Shown here: positions 1 to 14,545 of the stretch, piece by piece
Layout: every line of letters begins with the position of its first letter
How positions within the stretch are numbered: the stretch's first letter is position 1
Source: the human T2T-CHM13v2.0 reference genome, Homo sapiens
DNA: 64,000 nt
Direction: 5' to 3' (one strand)
Assembly (NCBI RefSeq): GCF_009914755.1
Contig: NC_060925.1
Position numbers and translations under genes: made by a program
The notes under the pieces: generated by a model
Database searches by the model: none
What the model was told of the DNA's origin: nothing
What the model saw: the letters and a program-made list of their open reading frames with translations, nothing else

Positions 1-1106
1 GAGCTGTACCTTGACCCCTTTCAGTCATGGCTGGAGCAGCTGGAATTCAGGGCACCAAGTCCCTAGGCTGCACATAGCAGAGGTACCCTGGGCCCAGCCC
101 AGGAAACCATCTTTTCTTCCTATGCCTCCAGGCCTGTGATGGGAGGGACTGCTGTGAAGACCTCTGACAGTCCCTAGAGACATTTTCCCCATTGTCAGCT
201 CCTTGTTACTTATGCAAATTTCTGCAGTCAATTGAATTTCTCCTCAGAAAATGGGATTTTCATTTCTGTCACATTGTCAGACTGGAAATTTTCCAAACTT
301 TTATGCTCTGCTTCCCTTATAAAACTGAATGCCTGTAACAGCACTCAAGTTACATCTTGAATGCTTTGCTGCTTAGAAATTTCTTCCGCCAGATATCCTA
401 AATCATCTCTCTCAAGTTCAAAGTTCCACGAATCTCTATGGCAGGGGCAAAATGCTGCCAGTCTCGTTGCTAAAACATAACAAGAGTCACCTTTTCTCCA
501 GTTCCAAACAAGTTCCTCATCTCCATCTGAGACCACCTCAGCCTGGAATTCATTGTCCATATCATTATCAGCACTTTGGTCAAAGCCATTCAACAAGTCT
601 CTAGAAGGTTTCAAACTGTCCCACATTTTCCTGTCTTCTGAGCCCTCCAAAATGTTTCCACATCTGCCTGTTACCTAGTTCGAAATTTACTTCCACATTT
701 TTGGGTATTTTTTCAGCAGCACCCCACTCTACTGGTAGCAATTTACTGTATTAATCCATTTTCATACTGCTGACAAAGACATTCCTGAGAATGGGCAATT
801 TACAAAAGAAGAGGTTTCATGGACTCACACAGTTCTAAGGGGCTGGGGAAGCCTCACAATTGTAGTGGAAGGTGAAAGGCACATCTCATATGGCAGCAGG
901 CAAGAGAAGAGAACTTGTGCAGGGAAACTCCCCTTTATAAACCCATCAGATCACCTGAGACTTATTCACTATCATGAGAGTAGCATGAGAAAGACCTGCC
1001 CCCATGATTCAATTACCTCCCACCAGGTCCCTCCCACAACACATAGGATTTGTGGGAGCTAAAATTCAAGATGAGATTTGGATGGGGACACAGCCAAACC
1101 ATATCA
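1..1106 (-). mobile_element. THE1-type MaLR element: 5' LTR (747-1106) plus internal sequence (1-746, truncated by the window edge)
   Basis: Minus strand starts TGATATGGTTTGGCTGTGTCCCC and ends ...TTAATACA, followed by the THE1-int start GTAAATTGCTACCAGTAGAGTGGGG. Confidence 0.9.
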
Positions 1107-2325
1107 GGCACTGTGAGGTCAGTCTCCCTCCTGGACCTCTCCTGGGTGCATGCAGCCCCACTATGCCTGACCCAGGAACACTTCCCTAACAACTCAGGGA
1201 ATCCTGTGTGTCCTGCTCTTCCTCTGCTTTAAGCCCTTCAACCTCCAACCTGGTTTTAAATTTACACTGCAGCATGCATGTGTCTGCATCTCTTTGTAGG
1301 AGAGTAGTGGAGAGAAGATTCACAGCCTGAGTGCCTCTTGGTAAATCCATGCTTCCTCCACAATACCACAGATCATGTTATGTTGCTTGCACACCATATG
1401 TCATCAGACCCCCTGATACAAGAGAAGGGGGTCAGGGGCCCTGGAGCTTCCAAAATAGATGGGGGAAAAAGAGAATTACAAATGTGCATATAGAACAAAA
1501 TCTTTGTGTGGGACAGGAAGTGCTTGGACAAAATGGGGGCTCATATTTTAGAGCCTCTCCATGGGCTTTGAGAAAAAAGATATTTTATATGGCCAGAAAA
1601 TTCAGTTACTCACAGTCATCTATTCCCCAAGGTTTCTGGTTAATTGTGCTCACATCCTATTTGGCCCTGGGTTCCATTGCATTTATCAGGTCAGGATGAG
1701 TTCCCAGTGGTTTTACACTTATTCCCCCAAGTAACAGGTATGTACTGCCCATCTAGAATCACAGAAAATGCACAGCAGAGTAGAAATGGAACTCAGAGAT
1801 GACTTCAACAAAGTCCTTCATTTTACAAATGAGGAAACTGAGACACATGATGTATTTTGGCCAGTGTCCATTTGAGTCTCCTACTTGGGTGATCTGATTG
1901 GGGAAAAATGGAAGTCCTGGATGTTTGAGAAGTTCAAGTTCAGGGCCTGATTTGATTGGTTTTATTCTCAGAATACCACATGGCCTGTTTTCTAGAGATG
2001 CAAATTTCTGGTGGGTTACCAAAAAAAAAAAAAAAAAATGGGCATAGGTGGGGCTCTCACTTCTATTCTTTCTTTTACTAGGGAAGAAACAAAACCTCCT
2101 CCCACACATTAAAAACCCAACCATGCCTTCCAGACATACTCTTTTCTTGGCTCCCCAGCTAGATTAGCAGCAGTCAAACATTCCTCCCATCCTTTTCTGT
2201 TTCCCTTTCTCACAGCGTCAATTGAATTGGCTTTTCTCTGAATCCCAAACAGCAGGAAGAAAGAGCCCCGTGATTTCATGGCCCATTTTGTTTTAAGCTA
2301 TTTAAATTATTTAGGTCTAACTGCT

Positions 2326-2725
2326 TTCTATGGTTTGGGTGTTTGTCCTCTCCAAAACTTATTTTGAAACTTGGTCCCCAATGTTGCAGTGTTGGAACAT
2401 GGGGCCTAATGAAAGGTGATTGGGTTGTGAGGGCATGGCCCTCGTGAATGGATGGATGGCATTGTTATGGCAGTGGGTTCATTGTTGTGACAGTGGGCTG
2501 ATATAAAGTGAGCCTGGCACCTCCTGCTTTCTGTCTTTTGCATGCACCTGCTTGTCCTTCTGCTTTTCTGCCATGTGATGACACAGTATGGAAGCCCTCA
2601 CCAGAAGCTGCCACCATGCCCTTGGACATCCCAGCCTACAGAAATGTGAGACAAATAAACTCCTTTTCTTTATAAATACCCAGTCTCAGGTATTCTATTA
2701 CAGCAACAGAAAACAGACTAAGACA
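2326..2725 (+). mobile_element. MST-family MaLR solo LTR
   Basis: ctatggtttgg start; ...cagcaacagaaaacagactaagaca end. Confidence 0.8.
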
Positions 2726-2936
2726 CCACCTTAGGAAAAAGGATCTTTTTGTAAGGCTTAGCCCAGGTTCCCTGGGAGTTCATTTGTTTGCATTGGTATT
2801 GGGGTCAAAACTTCGTGTACTATCAGTGTTACCTGGCCTTCTATTTCATAATCCTTATCTTCCTTCAGCAGCCACACCTAGAGTGAGTGAGCAGGATTTT
2901 GGCATTTCTGTTTTCCTGCTATAAAATACCAAGGTC

Positions 2937-3240
2937 GGCCAGGCACAGTGGCTCATGCCTGTAATCCCAGCACTTATGGAGGCCGAGGTGGGTGGATCAC
3001 CTGAGTCTGGAGTTCTAGACCAGCCTGGCCAAAATGGTGAAACCCCATCTCTACTAAAAATACAAAAATTAGCGAGGTATGGTGGCATGTGCCTATAATC
3101 CCAGCTACTAGGGAAGCTGAGGCAGGTGAATCACTGGAACCCAGGAAGTGGATCACACCACTGCACTCCAGCCTGGGCAACGGAGCAAGACACTACCTCA
3201 AAAAAAAAAAACAAAAAAACAAAAAAAAAAAAACAAAAAA
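2937..3240 (+). mobile_element. AluS with a small right-arm deletion
   Basis: GGCCAGGCACAGTGGCTCA start, mid A-linker, A-rich tail. Confidence 0.93.
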
Positions 3241-3775
3241 CAGGGCCCAGGGAGTTTAGGCTGGTAATAGCCACAAAAAGCTTACAGTCTAGTTGCAAGA
3301 AAAGATCACACCCACCATCGTTAAAGCCAGTGTGAAACAACATGGGAATAAGTGTCTGATGGAGGATTAAAGGCAAGAAGGTATTGTTAAGGATGAAAAA
3401 TATTTCCACATTTGTTCCTGAAACCTGTTTCCCAGGTTGGTTAATTGTGGTCACATTCCACTTGGCCTTAGGTGTGTGCTTATGTAAACTACAGAAACTG
3501 TTTCAATGACACCTGCTTTCCCTGTCTCTAAATGAGGAATAAAACCTGCCCTGCTGACTTCTCAGAGGATCAGTCTGAGACAGAAACAAGATAACGCATG
3601 CACAGTGCTACCAAACTGGGGAGTCTTCATAGCTCACTTCTGTGGCTGCTCCTAGGGCCCACTTTTAACTCTTATCAACTATTTTGCACCACTTTGACTT
3701 GAGCTTCTCAACAGGTCAGAAGCAAACACATATCTCACAAAGGAAGCAGGAAGGAGGCACACTATAGATAGAACT

Positions 3776-3793
3776 TTTATGATGTGTTTTATG
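3776..3793 (-). terminator. Candidate non-canonical poly(A) signals (two CATAAA)
   Basis: tttatg at 3776-3781 and 3788-3793; no AATAAA seen between the stop codon and here. Confidence 0.5.
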
Positions 3794-4105
3794 GTTTACA
3801 AACCACTTAAAGCTCACCATTTCTTTTGATTCTTACAAGAACTTTCTTTATGGAAGGAAACATTATCCTCTTTTCATCTCCTAGATAAAAAGGTAAATTA
3901 TTTAGCATATAAATGATTTTCCCAAGGCTAATTCGGACGAGACAGTAGAGCTGGGATTTGGATCTAGTTTTCTCTGAGTCAAATTCCTCTGATCTTTCTT
4001 GAAAGTCACTTTCATTTTGTCCCAACACATCTGAGCAGACACCAGTGGTTTCAGAACACGTGCCATGTCTTCTTACTTTCCTTGCCCCTTTCTTTCTTAA
4101 CAATA

Positions 4106-4284
4106 TTACACCTGAGGAACAGCGCAGAGGCGGTGACTGACTGGGGAAATGGTGATACCCATTCTAAACTTCAGGCTCAGCTTCTCATTGTTTGGGGGCC
4201 TGAAGGTAAATTTTTGCATAAGGGAAGTGAAGAAAATAAACAGCTCAGTCCTGGCCAACTGTTCTCCGAGGCATGCCCGCTTTC
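4106..4284 (-). CDS. CYP2J2: CYP2J2 exon 9 coding part ([11 protein letters not shown]...AVPQV*; heme cysteine)
   Basis: ttacag|GA acceptor, TAA at 4108-4106, 179 nt. Confidence 0.98.
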
Positions 4285-5384
4285 CTGTAAGACAAAATCA
4301 AAAGACGGGTTATCTTCTCAGGTGGCATTTGTGCCTAGCAGAGATTGCTATCCTCAATCATATCCCCAAAAAAATGGAGCAGAGGAAGGGCCTGTAGGCC
4401 CCAGGGTGTTATGGCCAGCAGCTTATTTAAGTCTGATAACCACTTGGGTTCATCAATGCATAGAAAGCAGAAGTCCAGGAACACGAAGTCAAATGCCATC
4501 AGGGGTCCGGCAGGCGAGCTTCCAGAATGAAGTTGCAGGGTGTAGGACCATAGAAGCGGAAGGCGTGGGCTGAGCTAGAAAGGGGATGTTTAGCCTAAGA
4601 GCTTTAAAAAAATCATTTAACAAACGTGACAAAAAAAGACAACAAAAACAACCAAATATGTTCACTTTTTTAATCCTTAAAAAAATTGTTGAAAATATAA
4701 GGAAATAAATGTCAGAGCAGAGTTCCTAAGGTATAAGTCATCTTTTCCCTGTGCCACTTTTCCTCCTTAATCATGGGGGACCTACTGGCATGGGTGGCCC
4801 TCTGTATTGCGACTGCTTTGGCCTTCCTCCTTCAGTGGTTCTTCTTATGCACAGTGGCCCTTTCCCTTTGCAGGCATTTCTTCTGAAGTGTGGCCCAAGG
4901 CTGGGTCCTGGTCTCCACAGCTGACACCTAGCATTGCCCTGACCTTGTCCCACTCCCTGTTATGTGTGGGTGAACTGAAGGCAGAAGGGCAGAGATTCAA
5001 TTCAGCTTCTCCCACCTCCTAACCACGTGATTGGGGCAAATTAAACAACCTCTCTAGGAATCAGTGAAAATGTACATTGTGCATATTAGTGAAAACGAAT
5101 ATGTGTTTAAGATGAGAACTTTATATATTGTGTGAGCTACATGCTGAATCCAAATAAGCTAAATAATTTAATAATTTATACCTCAAAACAAAGTATTTTA
5201 AAATGTCACCTAGGTAATAATAAACATAACTGTACAATTGCTTATTATTAACTTGATCTGGTTAATTCTCAAAAAACAGGAGAATACAATTTAAAAGATG
5301 ACCTCTAAAGAAAATCTTTTGGGTGGTAGCATTACTCAAACAGCTTTCTGTATATTACAATTCTTTACTGTGATACTTTCCATA

Positions 5385-7190
5385 ACAAGCCTTTTATTCT
5401 GAAATAATTTCAAATGTACAAAAAACTTGCAGAGATAGACAAAGAACTTGGCTCTTCTAAGTTGTTTGGAAGTAAATTGTCTACATTACCCATGAAATCT
5501 TCAGTATGTATTTTCTAAAAAGAAAGACATTCTCCAACATAGTCAAAATGCAACCATCCAAGCCAGGAAATTAACACTGATGCATGACCAACATCTTCCC
5601 GAGGTCCCATTCAGGGTTACCAGTTGTCCCAAAGTCCTTCATTAGAAAAGGGTCCAGTACAGCCAGTACATGATCATGGATTGCATTTAGCTGTCATGTC
5701 GCCTTAGTTCTTCAGTCTGGAATAAGTCCTCACTCTTTATACAACTTTCACGGCTTTGGCCTTTTTAAAGATTACAGACCAGTTGTTTTGTAAATGCCTC
5801 TCATGCTTCCTCATGATTGGATTCAGGCTGTGGAGTTTTCCATTTTGGGTAGGAATATCACCAAAGTGATACTGTATTCTTCTCATTTTATACTATCAAG
5901 TGCTATACAATTGTGATGTGTTACATTATTGGTAATCACTTGATTAAGGTGGTGTCTACCAAGTTCTCTTGTAAAATTATTCTTTTTCTCTGTAACTAAT
6001 AAGTACTTTGAGACTATGTCAACAAACCATTCTCATTAAGCTGTGATCCATTCTTTTCCATTGCTATTTCTTGACCATATATATTTTTTTGATTTATTTT
6101 TATTTTTATTTATTATTATTATACTTTAAGTTTTAGGGTACATGTGCACAATGTGCAGGTTAGTTACATATGTATACATGTGCCATGCTGGTGCGCTGCA
6201 CCCACTAACTCGTCATCTAGCATTAGGTATATCTCTTGACCATATTATTAATTGCTGATGGCTACCAAATCGCGATTTTTAAAATTCTGTCATTTCTTCC
6301 ACATTTATTAGTTAACACTTTACTAAGGGAAATGCTTGCTCCCCTCCCCATTTATTTATTCACTCATTTATTGATATCAGTTAAATGCATGGGATTCCTG
6401 TTTTTATTCAAAGGGTTATAATCTGTTACTATCATTACTTGTTCTGATGCTCAAAATATTCCAGATTTGACCATTAGATGCCCAATCAAGCTGATATTTC
6501 CTGACTTTGGGCACAACAATCTATTCCAGGTTTATAATACTTTCCCTTCCCCAGCCCTGGAATCAGCCATTTTTTTCCAAAAGTCCTGGTTTCTTTTAGT
6601 GGATAATAATATGTAGAAATCAAGATCTGGGCATTAGGCATGCTCATTGCTCTCCAGATGTTGTTGCCCCTAGCTTATATCAGTGGGCAGAGCTAAGAAA
6701 TATATGTATGTATATAATGTGGGTATATGTCCAAAAGTGTGTGTGTGTACATATATAAAATATATATATATATACACACCAAGTATATATATATATATAC
6801 ACCAAATATATATACCCATATTTACATCTACATTTCTACATTTATTGATTCACCTATTGAAAATCTGAGTTCATTGTAGATTACATCAGATTCCAATCCA
6901 ACATCACAAAGTTCGATTTTCTCCCTTTCTTTATTTGCAACTTCCTCTCATTATCCTCAATATATTTACTTATTGGATCAGTATCCCTTGTATATAACTT
7001 ACCTCTCATCACTGCCACAGCCACCCTGTGCAGACTCCACCTCATACCATTTGTGCTCTGAGGCCAGCACTCAGCTTCCACCACCCCCTCCCCTATGTGA
7101 ATGTCCTCCTCACCCCACCTGGGCTACATTACCCCACACAAGTCACTACCACCATCTCTATTGTGTGTATTTTTAGTAGCTTACTTTCTC
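5385..7190 (-). mobile_element. Old L1 (L1MC/ME-like) 3' region fragments
   Basis: Degenerate similarity to old L1 3' ends; boundaries approximate. Confidence 0.5.
6081..6233 (-). mobile_element. Young, heavily 5'-truncated L1PA (PA2/PA3-like) 3' tip
   Basis: L1P 3' UTR sequence with GAG (not Ta ACA) at the diagnostic site; 12-bp TSD tcttgaccatat at 6069-6080 and 6234-6245. Confidence 0.9.
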
Positions 7191-8629
7191 CCTAAGTAGT
7201 ACCTATTCACAGCAATAATTTTAAAAAGCATGAAAAAGAAAGTTATAAAGACAAAACCATAAAATGTTTGTAATCCCATAATCTAGACAAAACCATTGTC
7301 AACATTTTAACATATTTCCTCATTGTCCTTGTGGAGATTATCTGTACATCATAACAGATATTATTCCCTATAGTCAATTCTATTTGCTGCTTTTACTGCT
7401 TTATATTTTCCCATGTAATTTAATATTCGTGGAAATGTATGCATGCCTAAGTTTTGTCCTTTGTCTGTAACAGGTTGTTAAGGAAATAAAGTTAGATCAT
7501 ATATGCAAAAATGCTTAGTAAAGGCAAACATGCTTCATGGTTATGTCGTTATATTATTTGTGCCTGTTTTCCCAACAGTGTGTGTCTAATTCATCTCGGT
7601 TCCCCTCACCTTTATCTCTTTATCCATCACAAATAGTACAATTAGCAACATGCTAAAATGATACCAAGTCAGTTTATTGTAAATACCCAAGATTATCCTA
7701 AAAGAATCCATATATCATGACAAACTGGACCTAGCAAGTCAGGAACCAGGGTTAAAGAACTGGCTTCATCAGTAACCAACTGTGTGACTATTAATAAACC
7801 ATTCATTCTCGCAAAACTAAACTTATCTCATTTGTCACATACATGAAATAACTTCTCTCCTAACCATGTTACACGGCTAGGCAAGGATCCCAATGCAATG
7901 GCAGATATGAATTTGCTTTTAAAAGCATGGAAACTAGGACTGTTAGGTGTCAAAGCTTTGGCCTGGAAGAAAGGATACTTGGCTCCCCTCCCTGGTGCTT
8001 CCACAAACTGACTATCACTAACCAACCAGGCCAGTTACCTCAGTAGTAAAATGAGAGAACTGACTTACAATTTTGGCAAAGTTCTTTCCAGCCCTATCTC
8101 CTAGAATCTAATGATTTTAACTGGAAAGAGAGGAACTGGGCTCATGTATTTCATAAAGCTGCTTGCTGCTTTGATGGATCAAACAGGAAGAATTTAAATG
8201 AGGAAAAGTAAATATAAATTTGCAATAAAAACTTTGAAACCTGTCTTGATTATGCACACTTTAGAAGCTGTTACATCTTCTAAAGTGAGGACTTCGGAAG
8301 AGTCCTCTAGAAGACTCTTTACCAAGAGTAAAGGAACAGCAAGGAAAAGCAACTGCATGCCAAAAGATGGGCATGTGATGAAAAAAACAGACAGTTGTGT
8401 TGATGTTTTGTCAACCCTTTGGATTCTTCAGATTTCTATCTCCTGATCCATTTAAATGGTCCTCATCCTATCACATCTGCTTTGGGACATCCCAGATAAA
8501 TTTTTTGCCTTCTATGAATTTCATTCTTCTCAGTCAGAAAGAGAGATGGTAAGAACAAAGCAGCCTCAATTTTCCCCTCTCCTTGGATCCACATCATTTG
8601 CAATGCGATGTCATAGCTCTTCCCATCAA

Positions 8630-9041
8630 AAATTGTAGTAATATCCCCTCCCCTTAAACTGGGGCTGGCCTTATGATTGGTGTTGGAAAACATAATGCAA
8701 TGGAAGTGATGGTGTGTCAGTTCCCAGTCTGGACCTTAAGAGGCCTGTGTGCTTCCATTCTCCCTCTTTTGACCTTATCACCACCATGTGACTAAGCCAG
8801 GACAGCTTGCTGGAGGATGAGGGATAATGTGAGAAGGGCCCCACTGTCCCAGGTGAAGATATCCTATATCAGCCATCAGCCTGTTGACCACTGGCCAAGA
8901 TCAGAGATATCCAGGGGGCCGAGCCAAGATGGGCACAGCCACATATCTGACTTATAGACTTGTGAGCAATAATTCATGCTTACTGTTTTAAGCTGCAGAG
9001 TTTTGGACTGTTTGTTATGTAGCAATATGCTAACTGATGCA
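8630..9041 (+). mobile_element. MLT1-type MaLR LTR
   Basis: MLT1-like core and ...gcaatatgctaactgatgca end. Confidence 0.65.
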
Positions 9042-10800
9042 TATGTTATGAAATTAGTGAATCTTAGGCCTTTAAATGGGGAAGTAAGCTACATTCTAGT
9101 CGTACTAGAGAGAACACTAGACTAGAAGTATAAAATCTTGAGTCTTAGGACCAGTTCTGCAAATTCCTTGAGCATATGATCTTGGATAAGAAAGAACTCT
9201 CTCTTATTTTTAGTTATCTTAAATTAAAAGGAGATACCTATCCATTTCCTGCCTAACTATTAATAACTGGGCTGTTGTAATGATTAAATTAGACAATTTT
9301 CTTGCAAATGAAGTCTCTAAGAGGGTGCAATACACCTCTCAATAGCAAAGCAGCAGTGAGTCACCATGTATAGTTTTTAAAAAGACTACTGCTAATTCAG
9401 ATAAGATAATTTTTTTAAAACAGGAGACATGAAGGAACTATGAGAAAGAGGCTTCTGTGATGTGAAGAAAAGGTATCCAGGCATCACTTAGCCCAGAGGA
9501 TCCCTTTTCCTTTTAAAACCACGGACTTCTAATAAGATTCCTCTCATCACGGTTGCAGCTGGCATTAGGTGAAGCATTTTTTGTGGAATGCAGAGGTCAC
9601 ATTTCTAGCATTTCCACATGGATGTTGTGCAAGAGCCAAAGAACAGGAATAATTAATTATAATAACTGGAACATAACAGCCGAAACTTTGTGCTATAATA
9701 CAAAATTTCAAACTCTTGTAGACAGGAAGACTGGAAGATAGTCCTATGTCTTATATCAGCTTTCATATTCTAAGTGAATTGTCCAGTGTGAGCGGAGGTG
9801 ACAGAATTAGATGAAGAAAGACAAAGACAGCATCGATCATCAGAATCAGCCCAGAGACACCTAAGGCAACACAGCACAGGGGGAGAGCATGGGCTTTGGA
9901 GTCACACCAACATGGGTCATTCCGTTTCTGCCCTTTCTGAGCCTCAGTGTCATTCTCAGCAAAATGATCTTGTCTCGGAACATCAATACATATTTTAAAT
10001 TAACAATAAGCAAACTATCGTGCATTCCACAGTGTGGGTCTGTGTAGTATTTAGTTATTTTCAGTAGATAGTGTTAGCAAGAACACCCACTTTAGTTTTT
10101 GATTAATCTGGTTGACATTGATCCTACCTCTGCCAGATGAGTTTTATGACTTTAGTTTCTATACTTGGTTAAGCCTCAGTTTCCTCATCACTAAAGTGGT
10201 TATAGTAATATAAACTTTATATGATTACACTAGAACATATGCACCATGGGAGCAGTTTTGTTTTGTTTTGGTTTCTGTTTCACTCATTCATTGTCATATC
10301 ACCAGGGCTGAATGCTTGACACATAATAGATGCTCAATAAATATTGATGGAATTAAAGAATTGTGAAATTATTTGAAATAATCTATGCAACATATCTAAC
10401 TCAAAACCTGGAACATATTAAGAAGTTTTGTTATTGATTGTTCAATGTCGTGAGTTAAAAATATATTTTTGGACCTGGCTATCTTAAAAACAAGAGAAAA
10501 AAAGAGAGTTTTCACTGCCTCTTCTTTCTTAATTTTCAAGTTACATATTATATAAATGTATTAATTAGATTTTAAAAAATGAATTAAAATTTACAAAGGC
10601 CAAAGAACCTTTTCAAGGGAGTACTTAGAGAGTAGAATCCAATCAAGTTAAGCCACTGACTGATGCCCATGTGGCAAATAAGTTTCTCCTTCCCCTTGTC
10701 CCTCTCTATCTCATTATAAATCAGCTCTATTTCTGTGTGAGTGGGCAGCCCTTAAAAAGAACTGAGGACATTTTAACATTTAGTAAGGATGGCAGCACCC

Positions 10801-11156
<356 letters not shown>

Positions 11157-11419
11157 TCACCAGTTTTCCAGAGGACAGAACACAGGAAAGCTGAAATCTC
11201 TAGCAGAGGCAATGAATGGAGGGCTTAGGAAGTAAGGGCAGGCTGAAGCAATGCCCAGCCTTGGAAATCCCAGGGCTGCCCCCTACAGCAAGATGGAGTG
11301 AGTCGCACTGGCCAGGCTGTCTGGAGACATTCCAATGAAAACAAGGGAAAACAGGAGAGAGCAGGGGAGGGCTGGGAGAGGGGCCCTGGACTCCCACACA
11401 CCTGTTTACTACAACTTAC

Positions 11420-11558
11420 CTATTGAGAAAGGCATAAAGGCTTCCCTTTTCTTAAACTGTCCATTCTCCAGAAAATGGTCCGGATTGAATGTGTCAGGGG
11501 TGGCCCACTCTGTGGGGTCCCTGTGCAGCGCCGTCAAATTGGTCAGGATCATGGTACC
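11420..11558 (-). CDS. CYP2J2: CYP2J2 exon 8 (GTMILTNL...PDHF...MPFSIG)
   Basis: ctctag|GGT acceptor, TAG|gtaagt donor, 139 nt. Confidence 0.97.
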
Positions 11559-12883
11559 CTAGAGAAAGCAGCAGAGACTCAGGCAAGGCTTGACCCATGA
11601 AAAAGCACACCTATGCAGAGGGGTGGTCATCCTCCGGCTTCCTTGCCGGGGGCCTGAACATACTGCCCCACCCTCCCCAATTGTGGTACACAGTCTCCTG
11701 TGTCCCCCAACCCAGGACCCTTCTCTTTGTCTGGGACAGCTTTCAAATTAGATTGGATTTCCCTGCTGGGAATTTTAACAAGGATGTCTGGCTACTCTTG
11801 ACTGCAGGATCGAGCTTCCTTACAGGGACAGGTCAGTTTCAGTAGGGCTTGGAAGGAGGGGGCATGAATGCACTGATGAGAGAATAATCCAACAGTCAGT
11901 CTGCACTGTACCAAAACCAGCCCAGCTGCTCAGTGAAGCTATAACGATGGCAGCTCTACAAAGGTAAAAGACATCTCATTCATCTTGGTTTCACCATTCT
12001 CTTTCCTCCAATGTCTAGTACATGGCACCCCACTCCCCATGGTAGGTTTAGTAATAGAATCAGGTAGACCCATGCAAGGAGCCCCTGTCCATCCAGGTAC
12101 ATGCTAAGAAACACAGGAGTTCCCAGAGGGAGCTTTTCCTTTACTCTGTCGTTATCCAACCCATCAGTGAGACTGGTCAATTTTACTTTCACCTCCATTC
12201 CATGTCCACCAATGCTCACTTAGTCCAGACTTCTTCCTGGCTTGCCTGGACCACTGTTATAGTTTCCTAACTGTGCCCCAAATCCTGTCACCCCTTTCAA
12301 TCTGCTTCACACTCTGGAAGAGAGTGAGCTTCTAGCATGATTTAGTCATGTCATTCCCCACCTCCACAGCCCCCACTGCTCATACCTAGGACTTGACACA
12401 CTTCAATAGTTACCCATTGCTCTCAGGGCAAAGACTCTTCACCTGGTCCTGGTCTGCACTACTCTCCCCCTCTGCCTGCACTCCCACTACAGGGCTCTTC
12501 TTTCAGTTTCTCAAACATGCCATTTTCCTACTTAATTCAGCATCCTTTTTAAATGCTATTTGCCTTGCCAGGAATGTTCCTCCTCCCCACTTTGTCATCA
12601 AGCTAACTCTTGAAGCTAATCCTCAGCTCAAACATCACTTCCTTTTGGAAGCCTTCCCTGACCACTCCTGCTAGTCTGTTTTTACAGACCACAGTGAGTT
12701 TTTTCCTTTGGGCAGTTATCACGTTTCTAAATATGTACTTGCATGATTACTTTTCTCAGGGTTGTTTTGCCAGACCTGAGCATTTCAGGTATGTAGTGTT
12801 TGTTGAATTCATTCAAATATTAACATATTAATATAATATTACTTCAAGGAATTAATATCAATGATTGCCAATATTAGTAATAA

Positions 12884-13263
<380 letters not shown>

Positions 13264-13875
13264 TAGGTTTAAATGCATTTTTCAGATGAAGAAATTGAAG
13301 CTTTGAGAGGTAAAATAATGGGCCCAGAGTCAGAGAGTGGGAGGAGGCAGAGCCATGATTTGAATTAGGTCTATTTGACGTCAAAGTCATAGCTCGTAGA
13401 CTGTGTAACACACAATTATTTCAACTTGTCAGTTCCCAAGATGATTTTTAAAGCTGACAAAAATCAGCAGCAGCAGAAGTCAAGCTGGTTTCCTTGAGTT
13501 AAATAAATTGCTAGAAAAATGCAAACAGCACCTGGGGAATTTAGACCTCAGCCTTTATCCACTAAATGGTCAATCAGTAAGGAAATAGTAAATGTAACAG
13601 CTGCTTTTCCTGGCTCTGCAGGGATAGTAACCAAGTAGTGCCCAATGGGTAAGCTCTTCTGATTCTACTTCTCGAGATTTTCCCCAGGTATGACACACTC
13701 AGAGGTACTTAGACAGACTGGAATCGATCCACGGAGGCTGACCAAAGTGGTTAGAAAGCAAGGAAAGGAACTGAAAATGTGCAATGTGGGGAGAGGGCAC
13801 TAGAGGGCACAGGATAGTTGTCTGCAGAGATCCTAAGAGTGGCGAATGGAGTGACATCAGAATTCTGTTTGTCGC

Positions 13876-14145
13876 AGAAACAGAAAATGAAATACTGCAT
13901 GTTCTTACTTATAATGGGAGGTAAACATCGGATAGACATCGACATAAAGATAGGAACAATAGACACTGGGGATTACTGGAGGAGAGAGTGGGGCAAGGGT
14001 TGAAAAACTACTAATTGGATACTATGCCAGTCACCTGGGTAATGGTTCAATCATACTCCAAACTTCAGCATCGTGCAATATACCCTTGTAACGAGCCTAC
14101 ACATGTACTCCCTGAATCTAAAACAAAAGTTGAAAGAAAAAGAAA
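13876..14145 (+). mobile_element. L1 3' end fragment (older primate L1P)
   Basis: aatactgcatgttcttacttata...acctac/acatgtac...aaagttgaaa. Confidence 0.75.
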
Positions 14146-14545
14146 GAGTTCCACTTGTGAGTACAGGGAATTTAACTTAGACCAATTGAAAAAATAATAG
14201 GGAGATGCCTTTAAAATCAATGTAAAGCAAGTCCTGTGAAGGGAGCATGGTGTCTCACAAAGAAACAGAACAGATCTGCTTCCAGATCCCAACTCTTCAT
14301 AGTTGAGAGATCTCATGCAAACCTAATTTTTCTGAGCCTTGACTTCGCAATCCATAACATGGAAATAACAAGCTTCTTCTGAGTAAACTTACTCTGAGAA
14401 TTGAATAAGACATTTTGAAAGAGACCACATTGTCCACAACCCATAATCATTGCTTAATACATGTTCACTCCTTTCTTTCCCTTCCCAATAATGAATATTG
14501 CACACGCTTAGATTGGCTTCCTTATAAGATAATAAATTATACATC

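Noticed and set aside
345-650. 101-aa ORF MEGSEDRKMW...
   Set aside because: Remnant of the THE1/MaLR internal ORF, not a host gene
4082-4573. 163-aa plus-strand ORF
   Set aside because: Antisense shadow of exon 9 and its intron; non-ATG start; no recognisable domain
11200-11330. Possible degenerate duplicate of exon 9 (CYP2J pseudo-exon)
   Set aside because: Only short scattered word matches; no heme motif in any frame I read
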